In this document: positions 45,266 to 54,536 of the stretch, piece by piece
Layout of the letters: each line of letters starts with the position of its first letter
How positions within the stretch are numbered: the first letter of the stretch is position 1
Assembly: GCA_023437715.1 (NCBI GenBank)
Contig: JAEZFK010000035.1
Span: 16,838 to 80,837, forward strand
DNA: 64,000 bases
Direction: 5' to 3'
Origin: Bacillota bacterium
Lineage (GTDB): Bacteria > Bacillota > Clostridia > Lachnospirales > Lachnospiraceae
The notes under the pieces: model-generated
Seen by the model: only the letters and a program-made list of their open reading frames with translations
Databases searched by the model: none
What the model was told of the DNA's origin: nothing
Translations under genes and position numbers: made by a program

Positions 45266-46374
45266 GAGACCGCCTCCCCTTTAGAACTGCTGACCAGCTT
45301 TTCTTCAATCAGCTTCCTGTTGTTTTGCAGCCTTAAATTTTCCGGGTCAATTGCCAGGGCTTTTTCCGCGTAATCCATGGCTTTTTCATACATTCCCATG
45401 TAATAGGCACTGATAGACCCGTAATCGTAAAGGGCGCTTCCCCAGTTTTCCGCCTCCACCAGATAGCTTCCTGTGCTTTGGGTGATCCTTAAGCCCTTTT
45501 CCGCCATTGCATAGACAAGGGGCCAGTTTTTTTCCTTATAGCCCAGTTTTACAAGCGCCATATAGGGCTCCCGCACGTCAGGGCATTCTGCCAGAGCCCG
45601 GAAAAGCCATGATCCGGCTTCCTTCCTGTTTCCCATTTCGTCATAGCAGCGGGCAATGAAGCGCATGGATGCGCTGCGCTCCTCATTCCATCTGGCCGTG
45701 GGCAGGGACAAATGCCTTTTTAAGGTTTCTATTCCATTCTCATATTTTCCGTAATAGACGTATTCTCTGCCCAGCCAGAACATGGAGCGGTCATCTAAGG
45801 GATTCTCCTCCACGGATAACTCCAGAAGAGGCAGGTATTGGCTCCTGGGCTTTGAAAGATCCGGGTAATGATTTAAAACCAGGCCGTTTATCCACACGGT
45901 CTCTTCGGGACCGGGACCGCTGTACTGCAGGATCTCATGGACCGGATGAACCCAGCGGTAGCCCTGCTTTTTATGGATCTTTTCCATGGGATACTGCTTT
46001 TGGGGTGTTCCGTCCGGATTGCTGCTGAATGTAAATAAGTATCTGGCCCGGGTGTGCTTAGGCTTCCATGCGTCCTCCAGCTTCTTTCTCCAGCCCGGCT
46101 CAAAAACCTCATCCAGATCATTGGAAACACAAATATCGGCGTCCTCAGGGACGTAGTCCATGGCAATATTTCTGGCCACGTCAAAACGCCAGGGGGATAT
46201 GCGCTCTTCATAGACCACAGCCCCCCTTTGCCTGAGTTTTTCTACTGTGCCGTCGGTGGAGCCCGTATCCGTCACAATGACTCCATCGGCCTCAGATACG
46301 GCATCCATCCAGCGGTCCACAAACTGCTCCTCATTTTTACAGATGGCATATACATATATTTTATATCGGTTCAA
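45262..46374 (-). CDS. GT2 glycosyltransferase with TPR repeats (paralog)
   Basis: Same motifs; probable TTG start at 46374 after AAGGAG. Confidence 0.9.
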   Translation of the reverse strand: MNRYKIYVYAICKNEEQFVDRWMDAVSEADGVIVTDTGSTDGTVEKLRQRGAVVYEERISPWRFDVARNIAMDYVPEDADICVSNDLDEVFEPGWRKKLEDAWKPKHTRARYLFTFSSNPDGTPQKQYPMEKIHKKQGYRWVHPVHEILQYSGPGPEETVWINGLVLNHYPDLSKPRSQYLPLLELSVEENPLDDRSMFWLGREYVYYGKYENGIETLKRHLSLPTARWNEERSASMRFIARCYDEMGNRKEAGSWLFRALAECPDVREPYMALVKLGYKEKNWPLVYAMAEKGLRITQSTGSYLVEAENWGSALYDYGSISAYYMGMYEKAMDYAEKALAIDPENLRLQNNRKLIEEKLVSSSKGEAVS

Positions 46375-46426
46375 TTGAAACAGCTCCTTTTGGGAAATGC
46401 TTTTGCTTATGTCCAATATATGCGTT

Positions 46427-46960
46427 TTATGGCTGTCCCGTGAAAAAGCCGTATACCTTCTCATATATTTCCTCTTTATACGGCTTAAATTCCTCTTCCG
46501 TCACAGGTCTTCCATGGCTCATGATCCACAGCCTGACAGGGCTGTCCAGGGGCTTTAGGGGCATCTGCAGGTAAAGGAAAGAATTTGGATGAAATCCAAG
46601 CCTTTTATAGAATTCTGCTCTTCGTCCGGTCATAGGTTTTTTCTCTGTTACCGGCTCTATTTCCAGAAACAGGGGAGATTTTGCTTCCCGGATTACCTCC
46701 TTCACCAGCTGTTTTCCGTAGCCCTTTCCCCTGCAGCGCTCTGTGGTGGCCAAATGCTCCACAAAGACACAGCTATCTAAGTTCCAATAGCCCAGAAAGG
46801 CCAGAATTTCCCCGTCCTCCTCCATGGCTCGTAAGCGGTAACGGGGATTTTCCAGAACCTTTTTCTGTCCTTCTCTGGTACGCCGCTCATTTTCGGGAAA
46901 GGATTCCTTGTATATGGAATAGATTTCTTCAAAACGGGTCTGGGGGTTTTTTAATAACAT
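46427..46960 (-). CDS. GNAT N-acetyltransferase
   Basis: SFPENERR, RGKGYGK, LEIE, FYKRLGF; ATG 46960 after AGGAG. Confidence 0.9.
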   Translation of the reverse strand: MLLKNPQTRFEEIYSIYKESFPENERRTREGQKKVLENPRYRLRAMEEDGEILAFLGYWNLDSCVFVEHLATTERCRGKGYGKQLVKEVIREAKSPLFLEIEPVTEKKPMTGRRAEFYKRLGFHPNSFLYLQMPLKPLDSPVRLWIMSHGRPVTEEEFKPYKEEIYEKVYGFFTGQP

Positions 46961-47105
46961 TGCATCAATCTCCTGTTCTTTTATTTCATTTGTCATTAAA
47001 AGCTGGAAGCTCCGGGATTATCCATCCTGCAGGGCTTCCAGCTTCATTTTACCTGTTCTATTTACCTGATAATCTTACTCACCTGTTGTTTATTTCCCAG
47101 CAACT

Positions 47106-48935
47106 TTACTTAACGGTAATTCTGCCCTGTCCGGCAGGATTTCCATAATCAGCTCCCACATTGCCGCCCAGATTGCTGCGGATATAAGCAGAAAGCAGAT
47201 CCACATCCGTCATAACATTGTCACGGAGTACGTTGCTTCCCTTAAACATGGTCATGCCGTCACCGGCGGATTTTAACATGTAGTTATGGGAGGCTACGGT
47301 GTAGGTCTTATTCACATCAAGAGGCGCGCCTCCTACCATGATATCCGATACGCGGTAGGAACCGGTGACCTTTATAAAATTGCCCTTTTCATCAAGCTGG
47401 ACGCTTGGTGTTACGGAAGTATTAATGGTATAGGTAAGCCCTGAAACCTGGAGGAAACCGCCGTTTTCCGCGGGGCAGTTTCTGGAAGCCATCTCCAGAG
47501 CGTCCTTGATCTGCTGTCCGGTAGCTTCTACCACGCAGCCCATATTTCCGAAGGGGAATACGGTAAGGGTATCGTTGTAGGTAATGTTTCCGGCTTTTAT
47601 GCTGGCCCTGACGCCGCCGCCGTTGGATAAGCCGATATCAGCTCCCAGCACATAGCGGTAGGCATCTGCGCAAAGATCCCCTAAATTGGTCTCCGCGCTT
47701 CTGACCGCACGGTTTCCGGTTGCCGGATCATTGACGGTCAGCTCTACGTCTGTATGGCCGATCACGGTCTTTAAGGATTCATTATACTGGGCCTGGATGT
47801 TCTTTATAAATTTGTCCGTATCATAATCAATTGCTTTCCCGTCCGATGTAACAGCGCTCTTTCCGGGAACTACCAGCTGCTGGCCTACGGTAAGAACATT
47901 GGGATCCTTGATCCTGTCCTTATTTGCATCGTAGATTTCTCTCCAGCGGTCATAGGAGCCTAATTCTCTCTTTGCGATCCTGCTTAAGGTATCCCCCTTC
48001 TTCACCTCATAGGCGCCGGAGCTCTCCCCTGCGGGAACCTGGGAAATCAGTTCATTGGCAATGGTGCCGTCGGTACGGATGGTCAGCTTTCCGATGTTTT
48101 CCAGCTTCGTTCCGGTCTGGGTGAGAAGAACGTCTTTTCCATCCTTGTCCTTTACGTATTTGCCGTACTGTTCATGGGAATGGCCGTCAATGAACGCATC
48201 AATGCCTGTGGTGTTCTTAATGACGCTGTCTGAAGTCCAGCGGTCTGTGGAACCATTTTCCCCCAAATGGCCTACTACAACTACATAAGTGGCGCCTTCC
48301 GCCCTGGCACTGTCTATGGCTGACTGAGTCTGGGCATAAAGCTTCTGTCCGCTTTCATCCTCGCAGAAGCCATAGATATAGTTTCCGTTTTCATCCTGGA
48401 AATAAGCGGGTGTGGATTTTGTAAAGCTCTCCGGCGTGGTCACGCCCACAAATGCAATTTTTGTATCGCCGTATGTAAAGATCTTATACGGAGCGAATAC
48501 AGGGGAACCTGTCCTTAAATCCATGAAATTGCTGGAATAGTAACCGCAGCTTAACTTTCCTGCCAGCTCCAGAAAACGGGGCATTCCATAATCATACTCA
48601 TGATTGCCCGGTACAGCGAAATCAAAACCCACCTTATTCATGATGTCGATGATGTATCCGCCGTCTGACAAGGTTCCGATAGGCGCTCCCTGAATGGCAT
48701 CTCCTGCGTCAATCAGAGTCACATATGGCGTCTGGGCCTGCATCTCCTTCTTATAGAGCGCCAGACCCGCATACCCGATGTTCTCGTCTATGCCGCAGTG
48801 GACATCATTGACGTAAAGAACCACAATATCCTTATCTGCCGCCAGAGAGGTGAAGGACATGCCTGTGGTAAGGGAAAGGACCATGAGCAGGGCCAGCCAC
48901 AGAGACAGAAACCTTCTTTTCTTACTTCCTTTCAT
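47106..48935 (-). CDS. Secreted 5'-nucleotidase with internal LysM domain
   Basis: Signal peptide; NDVH, DAGD, GNHE, GHSH; LysM YEVKKGDTLSRIA; ETNLGD, NGGGVR. Confidence 0.92.
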   Translation of the reverse strand: MKGSKKRRFLSLWLALLMVLSLTTGMSFTSLAADKDIVVLYVNDVHCGIDENIGYAGLALYKKEMQAQTPYVTLIDAGDAIQGAPIGTLSDGGYIIDIMNKVGFDFAVPGNHEYDYGMPRFLELAGKLSCGYYSSNFMDLRTGSPVFAPYKIFTYGDTKIAFVGVTTPESFTKSTPAYFQDENGNYIYGFCEDESGQKLYAQTQSAIDSARAEGATYVVVVGHLGENGSTDRWTSDSVIKNTTGIDAFIDGHSHEQYGKYVKDKDGKDVLLTQTGTKLENIGKLTIRTDGTIANELISQVPAGESSGAYEVKKGDTLSRIAKRELGSYDRWREIYDANKDRIKDPNVLTVGQQLVVPGKSAVTSDGKAIDYDTDKFIKNIQAQYNESLKTVIGHTDVELTVNDPATGNRAVRSAETNLGDLCADAYRYVLGADIGLSNGGGVRASIKAGNITYNDTLTVFPFGNMGCVVEATGQQIKDALEMASRNCPAENGGFLQVSGLTYTINTSVTPSVQLDEKGNFIKVTGSYRVSDIMVGGAPLDVNKTYTVASHNYMLKSAGDGMTMFKGSNVLRDNVMTDVDLLSAYIRSNLGGNVGADYGNPAGQGRITVK

Positions 48936-49190
48936 TGTTTGAAACCTCCTTTTGCATACTGCATTTTTCTCTATTATAACAGATTATTGTAAAGATGGTA
49001 TATTATATTTTTAAAACTTGTAAGTTTTCTGAATCCTTTTTCGAGTTTTTTCGACAAAATAAATATAGAAGACGCCCTCACCAGCTTTCCGCTGATAAAC
49101 GCGCCTTCTATTATTCCATCCCACCTGCCTGACACCTAATCAAAATTGGGCATCGGCCGGAGGGAATATCTTTTTATAAGCTATAATTGC

Positions 49191-50978
49191 TTAATCTTCT
49201 TCACTGACTTCAATTCCAAGCTCCTTTAACTGCTTGGGATCTACAGGAGCCGGAGCCTCTGACATGAGGCAGGAAGCATCCTTCACCTTGGGGAATGCGA
49301 TCACATCCCTTATGCTGTCTGCGCCTACCATGAGCATGATCACACGGTCCAGGCCGTAAGCGAGCCCTGCGTGAGGGGGAACTCCGAACCGGAAAGCATC
49401 TAACAGGAAGCCGAACTGCTCCTGAGCCTGTTCCTTGGTAAAGCCCAGCACCTCAAACATTTTAGACTGAATATCGCTCTGATGGATACGGACAGAGCCG
49501 CCGCCGATCTCAGTACCGTTTAACACGATATCGTAGGCCTTGGCCCGGACTGCTCCCGGATCGCTGTCGATTAAAGCCCAGTCCTCATCCATGGGCATGG
49601 TAAACGGATGGTGCATGGCGGTAAATCGGCCCTGCTCCTCGGAGTATTCAAGCAGCGGAAATTCCGTCACCCATAAGAACCTGAAATCATCCTTTTTAAG
49701 CAGGTCAAGCTGTCTTGCCAGCTCCAGCCTTAAATTTCCTAAAACATCGAATACCACCTTGTCCTTATCCGCCGCAAACAAAAGAAGATCTCCCGGCTTT
49801 CCGTCCATGGCATCAGCCAGGGTGTGAAGCTCATCCTCTGTCATGAACTTTGAAAAGGAACACTTATAGGTACCGTCCTCATTGACTGCCAGATAGGCCA
49901 GTCCCTTGGCTCCGAAGCCCTTTGCATATTCCACAAGAGCGTCGATTTTCTTTCTTGGCATAGCTCCCTGTCCCTTGGCGTTGATACCCCGGACAGAACC
50001 GCCGTTTTCCAGGGCTCCCTTGAATACGGCAAATTCCGTATCCTTTACCACGTCGGAAACATTTTTAAGCTCCATTCCGAAACGCAGGTCCGGCTTATCG
50101 GAACCAAAGCGGTCCATGGCCTCTCTCCAGGTCATTCTTGGAATAGGAAGCTCTATATCAAAATTGCAGATTTCCTTAAATAATCTCTTTAACAGCCTTT
50201 CGTTTACATCTAAAACATCATCCACATCCACGAAAGACAGCTCCATATCGATCTGTGTGAATTCCGGCTGACGGTCCGCCCGCAAGTCCTCGTCCCTGTA
50301 GCATCTGGCCAGCTGGAAGTAACGGTCATAGCCGGAGCACATGAGAAGCTGCTTAAAAAGCTGGGGAGACTGGGGAAGTGCGTAGAAAGAGCCTGGATGA
50401 ACACGGCTTGGCACCAGGTAATCCCTTGCGCCTTCCGGGGTGCTCTTAATCAAGGTAGGGGTTTCAATCTCCAAAAATCCCTCTTCCGCCAGAAATGCCC
50501 TGGTTAAGGTGGCAACCTGGCTTCTCACCATAATGTTTTTCTGGATATCCGGTCTTCTCAAATCCAGGTAACGGTATTTCAACCGCAGCTCTTCCTTTGT
50601 CTTTGAGTTTTCCTCAATGGGGAAAGGAGGAGTCTCTGACTCGGAAAGGATTCTTAAGGATTTGGCCCTGACCTCAATGGCGCCTGTAGCCAGGTTCTCA
50701 TTGACTCCGCCAGCACGGCCCTCAACCGCTCCTGTAACAGCGATGACAAATTCGCTTCTCAGCTTTTCTGCCTTTGCAAAGCTCTCTGCCCCGCAGTCGC
50801 TCTCCTCAAAAATAATCTGCAAAAGTCCGGAACGGTCCCTTAAATCCACAAAAATGATTCCGCCCTTGTTTCTGCTCTTCTGGACCCAGCCCATGACGGT
50901 GACTTCCCCGCCTATATTGGCTGTTGTTACTTCTGTACATCTATGGGTTCTTTTTAAACCCAGCATTGACTCTGCCAT
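49191..50978 (-). CDS. aspS: Aspartate--tRNA ligase
   Basis: STPEGARDYLVPSR, RDEDLRADRQPEFTQ.D.E, PPHAG. Confidence 0.98.
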   Translation of the reverse strand: MAESMLGLKRTHRCTEVTTANIGGEVTVMGWVQKSRNKGGIIFVDLRDRSGLLQIIFEESDCGAESFAKAEKLRSEFVIAVTGAVEGRAGGVNENLATGAIEVRAKSLRILSESETPPFPIEENSKTKEELRLKYRYLDLRRPDIQKNIMVRSQVATLTRAFLAEEGFLEIETPTLIKSTPEGARDYLVPSRVHPGSFYALPQSPQLFKQLLMCSGYDRYFQLARCYRDEDLRADRQPEFTQIDMELSFVDVDDVLDVNERLLKRLFKEICNFDIELPIPRMTWREAMDRFGSDKPDLRFGMELKNVSDVVKDTEFAVFKGALENGGSVRGINAKGQGAMPRKKIDALVEYAKGFGAKGLAYLAVNEDGTYKCSFSKFMTEDELHTLADAMDGKPGDLLLFAADKDKVVFDVLGNLRLELARQLDLLKKDDFRFLWVTEFPLLEYSEEQGRFTAMHHPFTMPMDEDWALIDSDPGAVRAKAYDIVLNGTEIGGGSVRIHQSDIQSKMFEVLGFTKEQAQEQFGFLLDAFRFGVPPHAGLAYGLDRVIMLMVGADSIRDVIAFPKVKDASCLMSEAPAPVDPKQLKELGIEVSEED

Positions 50979-50995
50979 AATTTCCTCCTGATTTC

Positions 50996-52255
50996 TTACT
51001 TAAGCGCTTCTTTATAAAATTCCTTAAACTGGGTATAGCCTTCCTTTTGAAGGCTTTCCTTCTGGAACTTTTTATTCTTATTCATCTGGGAAACAAGAAC
51101 CGTAGCTCCCTTGGCCCTGGCTTCCATGGCCTCTTTCATGGCTCCGTTCATCACCCCGTCGCTGACGCCCTTTTCAATGAGAAATGCCGTCTTTTCTTCT
51201 TTTCCAGGGACGGTAAAGCCTTCGTCCATCAAAATAGTGATGATCCGCTCAAAGCCGATGGAAAAGCCGCAGGCCGGCGTATCCATGCCGGTGAATTTGC
51301 CGATCATCTTATCGTAACGGCCGCCTCCGCCTACGGAACCTGGGAAGCCCTCCACCTGGATCTCGAAGATGGTTCCTGTATAATAGGACATGCCCCGCAC
51401 CAGGGTCGGATCAAATACGATGTGGAACTGTCCGGTGGAAATCTCGTTTACACTGTCAATGACAGCCGCCAGATTTTCGATCTGTTCTAAGTCCATCACA
51501 TCCTTTAAGGTGTCCTTTAAGCTTCTGACACCGGAAGCATCCGGGGTCACCGTTTCAAACAGGCCTAAGTATTTTTCAATATTACTCTTTTCATAGCCCG
51601 CTTCCTCCAGCTCCTTTGCCACTCCGTCTGCACCGATCTTGTCCATCTTGTCTAAAATGATGAACACCTGGTCATAGGCCTCCTCCGGGAAGCCGCAGGC
51701 CGCCGCCATCCCCTTTAAAATATTCCGGTCATTGATTCTTACGGAATATCCCTGAAAGCCAATTTTGGAAAGCAGGGTGGTGGTTGCCAGGATGAGCTCA
51801 ATTTCCGCAAGCCTGCTGGGATCTCCCAGGATGTCGATGTCGCACTGCACGAACTGGCGGAAACGGCCTTTCTGAGGACGGTCGGCCCTCCAAACGCTGC
51901 CCATCTGAAGAGACTTAAAGGGAGACGGAAGAGACGCCGCATTATTGGAATAATATCTGGATAAGGGAACGGTTAAATCATACCGGAGACCGCTGTCCAC
52001 CAGATCATTTTCCGCCTGGGCCGCTTCTAAATCCAGCTTTTCTCCACGCTTCATGATTTTAAAAATAAGCTTTTCATTGTCTCCGCCCTGCTTGCTGGTC
52101 AGATTTTCAATATGTTCCACACAGGGGGTCTCAATGGAATGAAAGCCGAAGCCTTCGTAAGTCTCGCGTATCTGGTTCATTACATATTCGCGCACCTGCA
52201 TTTCAGCAGGAAGAATATCCTTCATGCCGGTAACCGGTTTCTTTTTTAATGCCAT
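50996..52255 (-). CDS. hisS: Histidine--tRNA ligase
   Basis: LRYDLTVP, RPQKGRFRQF.Q, LVRGMSYYTG, GGGRYD. Confidence 0.97.
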   Translation of the reverse strand: MALKKKPVTGMKDILPAEMQVREYVMNQIRETYEGFGFHSIETPCVEHIENLTSKQGGDNEKLIFKIMKRGEKLDLEAAQAENDLVDSGLRYDLTVPLSRYYSNNAASLPSPFKSLQMGSVWRADRPQKGRFRQFVQCDIDILGDPSRLAEIELILATTTLLSKIGFQGYSVRINDRNILKGMAAACGFPEEAYDQVFIILDKMDKIGADGVAKELEEAGYEKSNIEKYLGLFETVTPDASGVRSLKDTLKDVMDLEQIENLAAVIDSVNEISTGQFHIVFDPTLVRGMSYYTGTIFEIQVEGFPGSVGGGGRYDKMIGKFTGMDTPACGFSIGFERIITILMDEGFTVPGKEEKTAFLIEKGVSDGVMNGAMKEAMEARAKGATVLVSQMNKNKKFQKESLQKEGYTQFKEFYKEALK

Positions 52256-52336
52256 TTTGTTCACTCCGTTCGTTATACTTGTCATAAGTCCAGCCATGCA
52301 GAAATAGCTGGAAATAAACACTGCTTCTATTGTAAA

Positions 52337-53791
52337 TTACATTTCCAATTTTGCAAGCATTTTTTCCTTTCTTTCCAGCATTTCATCAATTCTGGAGATA
52401 TACTGCTCCACATCCTTGACATTTTCCACCCGTTCCAGCCGGTTTTCCGACGGAAATACCACCTTCGTAGTGGTTCCCGCCCCGCAGGCAACGATGGTCT
52501 GCTTTTCCTCCATAATCAGGATATTATAGATGCAGGCTTTCCCCGGCAGCGAATAACCCACGTTTTCAAAATTCCCCGCCATATTCTTCTGCCGGTAAAG
52601 ATAATAGGGCTCCTGCCCCATAGCCCGGGCGCAGGCGGCAGTTAAATCAATCATTTCCTGGGTGTTGGTAATCTTTAAGTTTTCATACCTTTCCTTAAAC
52701 ATGTTTAACCGGGCCGCCCTCTTGATTGCAAGAGAATGAACGGTAATTCCGTCCGGCCCCAAGGCCCTTATCTCCTTCATGGTATTTGCCACATCTTCCA
52801 TGTCCTCTTCCGGCAGGCCGATGATTAAATCCATGTTGATATTATCAAAGCCCATTGTCCTTGCCAGGGCAAATTTATCCTTTACCATATCCACCGTATG
52901 GCGGCGTCCGATCAAATCCAGGGTTTCCTGCTTCATAGTCTGCGGATTAATGGAAATACGGCTTACGCCGAAATGCTTTAAGACCTCAAGCTTTTCCTCT
53001 GTAATGCTGTCCGGCCGTCCGGCCTCCACCGTAAACTCCTTGACCTCAGAAAAATCAAAGGTCTGCTTAAGCCTTTCCAGCAGCCGTTCCAAATGCCCGG
53101 CAGATAAAGAGGTCGGGGTTCCTCCCCCGATGTATACAGTATCCAGGGTTCTTCCCGCCATCTTCTCAGCAACGTAATCCATTTCCTTGAAAAGGGCCGT
53201 TAAATACTGATCCATCCGCTTTTCCCACTGCCCGATGGGAAAGGAAGTAAAGGAACAGTACAGACAGGTAGTCGGGCAGAAAGGAATTCCCACATACAGA
53301 CTGTAGCCATGCTCATAATCAATAGAAGAAAGCAGCTCCATTTCCCGTCTGGCGATCTCCAGGCTCAATTCCACCTTTCCGTCGCTGGTCAGATAGGTGT
53401 CCTTCATATACTTCCGGACCGCTTCATCCCCATCCCCTGCCATCAGCCTGGTCATGGCAATCTTGGTAGGCCTGATCCCTGTCAGCGTCCCCCAGGGAAG
53501 CTCTGCGCCGGTCAGCTCCTTAAGAAAGCCGTAAAGCATCCGCTTGATCCGGTTCTTTGTCTCAAAGCGGCAGTCAAAATCCGCCTCTGTTACAGAAGAC
53601 CCTGCAGTCCCATTTTCCAGGTCATTGACCGTCAGCTCAAAGGTATTTTCTCCCGTCTTTCCATAAACCAGAAGCCGGTACTCCTCTCCCTGACTTTCCT
53701 CATGGGTAAAGGTTTCGCCCGGATAAAACGCCATCAAAAGCTCCCGGATATCCTGTTCAAAGGACTGGTCGTCCAAAATTATTCCTATCAT
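52337..53791 (-). CDS. hemZ: Radical SAM HemZ family protein
   Basis: PWGTLTGIRPTK; CPTTCLYCSF; PYYLYRQKN. Confidence 0.93.
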   Translation of the reverse strand: MIGIILDDQSFEQDIRELLMAFYPGETFTHEESQGEEYRLLVYGKTGENTFELTVNDLENGTAGSSVTEADFDCRFETKNRIKRMLYGFLKELTGAELPWGTLTGIRPTKIAMTRLMAGDGDEAVRKYMKDTYLTSDGKVELSLEIARREMELLSSIDYEHGYSLYVGIPFCPTTCLYCSFTSFPIGQWEKRMDQYLTALFKEMDYVAEKMAGRTLDTVYIGGGTPTSLSAGHLERLLERLKQTFDFSEVKEFTVEAGRPDSITEEKLEVLKHFGVSRISINPQTMKQETLDLIGRRHTVDMVKDKFALARTMGFDNINMDLIIGLPEEDMEDVANTMKEIRALGPDGITVHSLAIKRAARLNMFKERYENLKITNTQEMIDLTAACARAMGQEPYYLYRQKNMAGNFENVGYSLPGKACIYNILIMEEKQTIVACGAGTTTKVVFPSENRLERVENVKDVEQYISRIDEMLERKEKMLAKLEM

Positions 53792-53801
53792 CGTCTCTTT
53801 C

Positions 53802-54446
53802 CTATCCTCTGTAAAATGCTACGGGATTTTTCGTTTTCTCGTGGCCGATGGCCGTCATTTCCCCGTGTCCCGGATATACAAGGGTATCCTCAGGCAGGGG
53901 AAATAATCTTTCTTTTATGGATTTCACAATCATGGACTGGCTTCCCGTTGGAAAATCCGTTCTTCCCAGGGACTCTAAAAAGAGGGTGTCTCCGCTTAAG
54001 AGAGCCTCTTCCTCCTCAATCAGGTAGCAGACAGAACCGGAGGTATGCCCGGGGGTGTAGATCACCTGAAAGGAAATTCCTGCGAAAGAAAGCACATCTC
54101 CATCCTTCACATATTCGTCCACAGCCACCTTGCAGGGCCGCCCATAGCCGGCGGACAGATTGAGGGAGGGATCTTCCAAAAGCTCTTTTTCCTTCTCTCC
54201 AGCCACAATCTTCACCTGGGGAAATGCCCTTTTTATGTCTTCCACTCCCAGAATGTGGTCAAAGTGTCCGTGGGTCAGCAAAATCACCTCAGGGGTCATG
54301 GAAAGCTCCCGGCACTTATTTAAAATAAACATTCCATTATCTCCCGGATCTACAATTACCATTTTCTTCTGGCCCTTCCGGTAGATCACGTAACAATTGG
54401 TTTCCAGTTCTCCCACCGGATATGTTTTTATTCTCAAGTCGCTCAT
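53802..54446 (-). CDS. MBL-fold metallo-hydrolase
   Basis: THGHFDH, TPGHT, SGDTLF, PGHG. Confidence 0.95.
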   Translation of the reverse strand: MSDLRIKTYPVGELETNCYVIYRKGQKKMVIVDPGDNGMFILNKCRELSMTPEVILLTHGHFDHILGVEDIKRAFPQVKIVAGEKEKELLEDPSLNLSAGYGRPCKVAVDEYVKDGDVLSFAGISFQVIYTPGHTSGSVCYLIEEEEALLSGDTLFLESLGRTDFPTGSQSMIVKSIKERLFPLPEDTLVYPGHGEMTAIGHEKTKNPVAFYRG

Positions 54447-54536
54447 GGTTCCCTCTTTTCTGGCTGTTTTTATTTGTGAAAGCCATTTTTTTCAAAGAAA
54501 GCCCGGGAATGTTCCCGGGAAAAAGAGAAAACTGCG

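Noticed and set aside
49000..49190. 6S RNA downstream of aspS
   Set aside because: CCCACCTG occurs but without the paired GCGGGTT-type context or a single long rod with central bubble; needs Infernal to exclude fully
52256..52336. T-box leader for hisS/aspS
   Set aside because: Gap too short and no GGTGGNACCGCG motif
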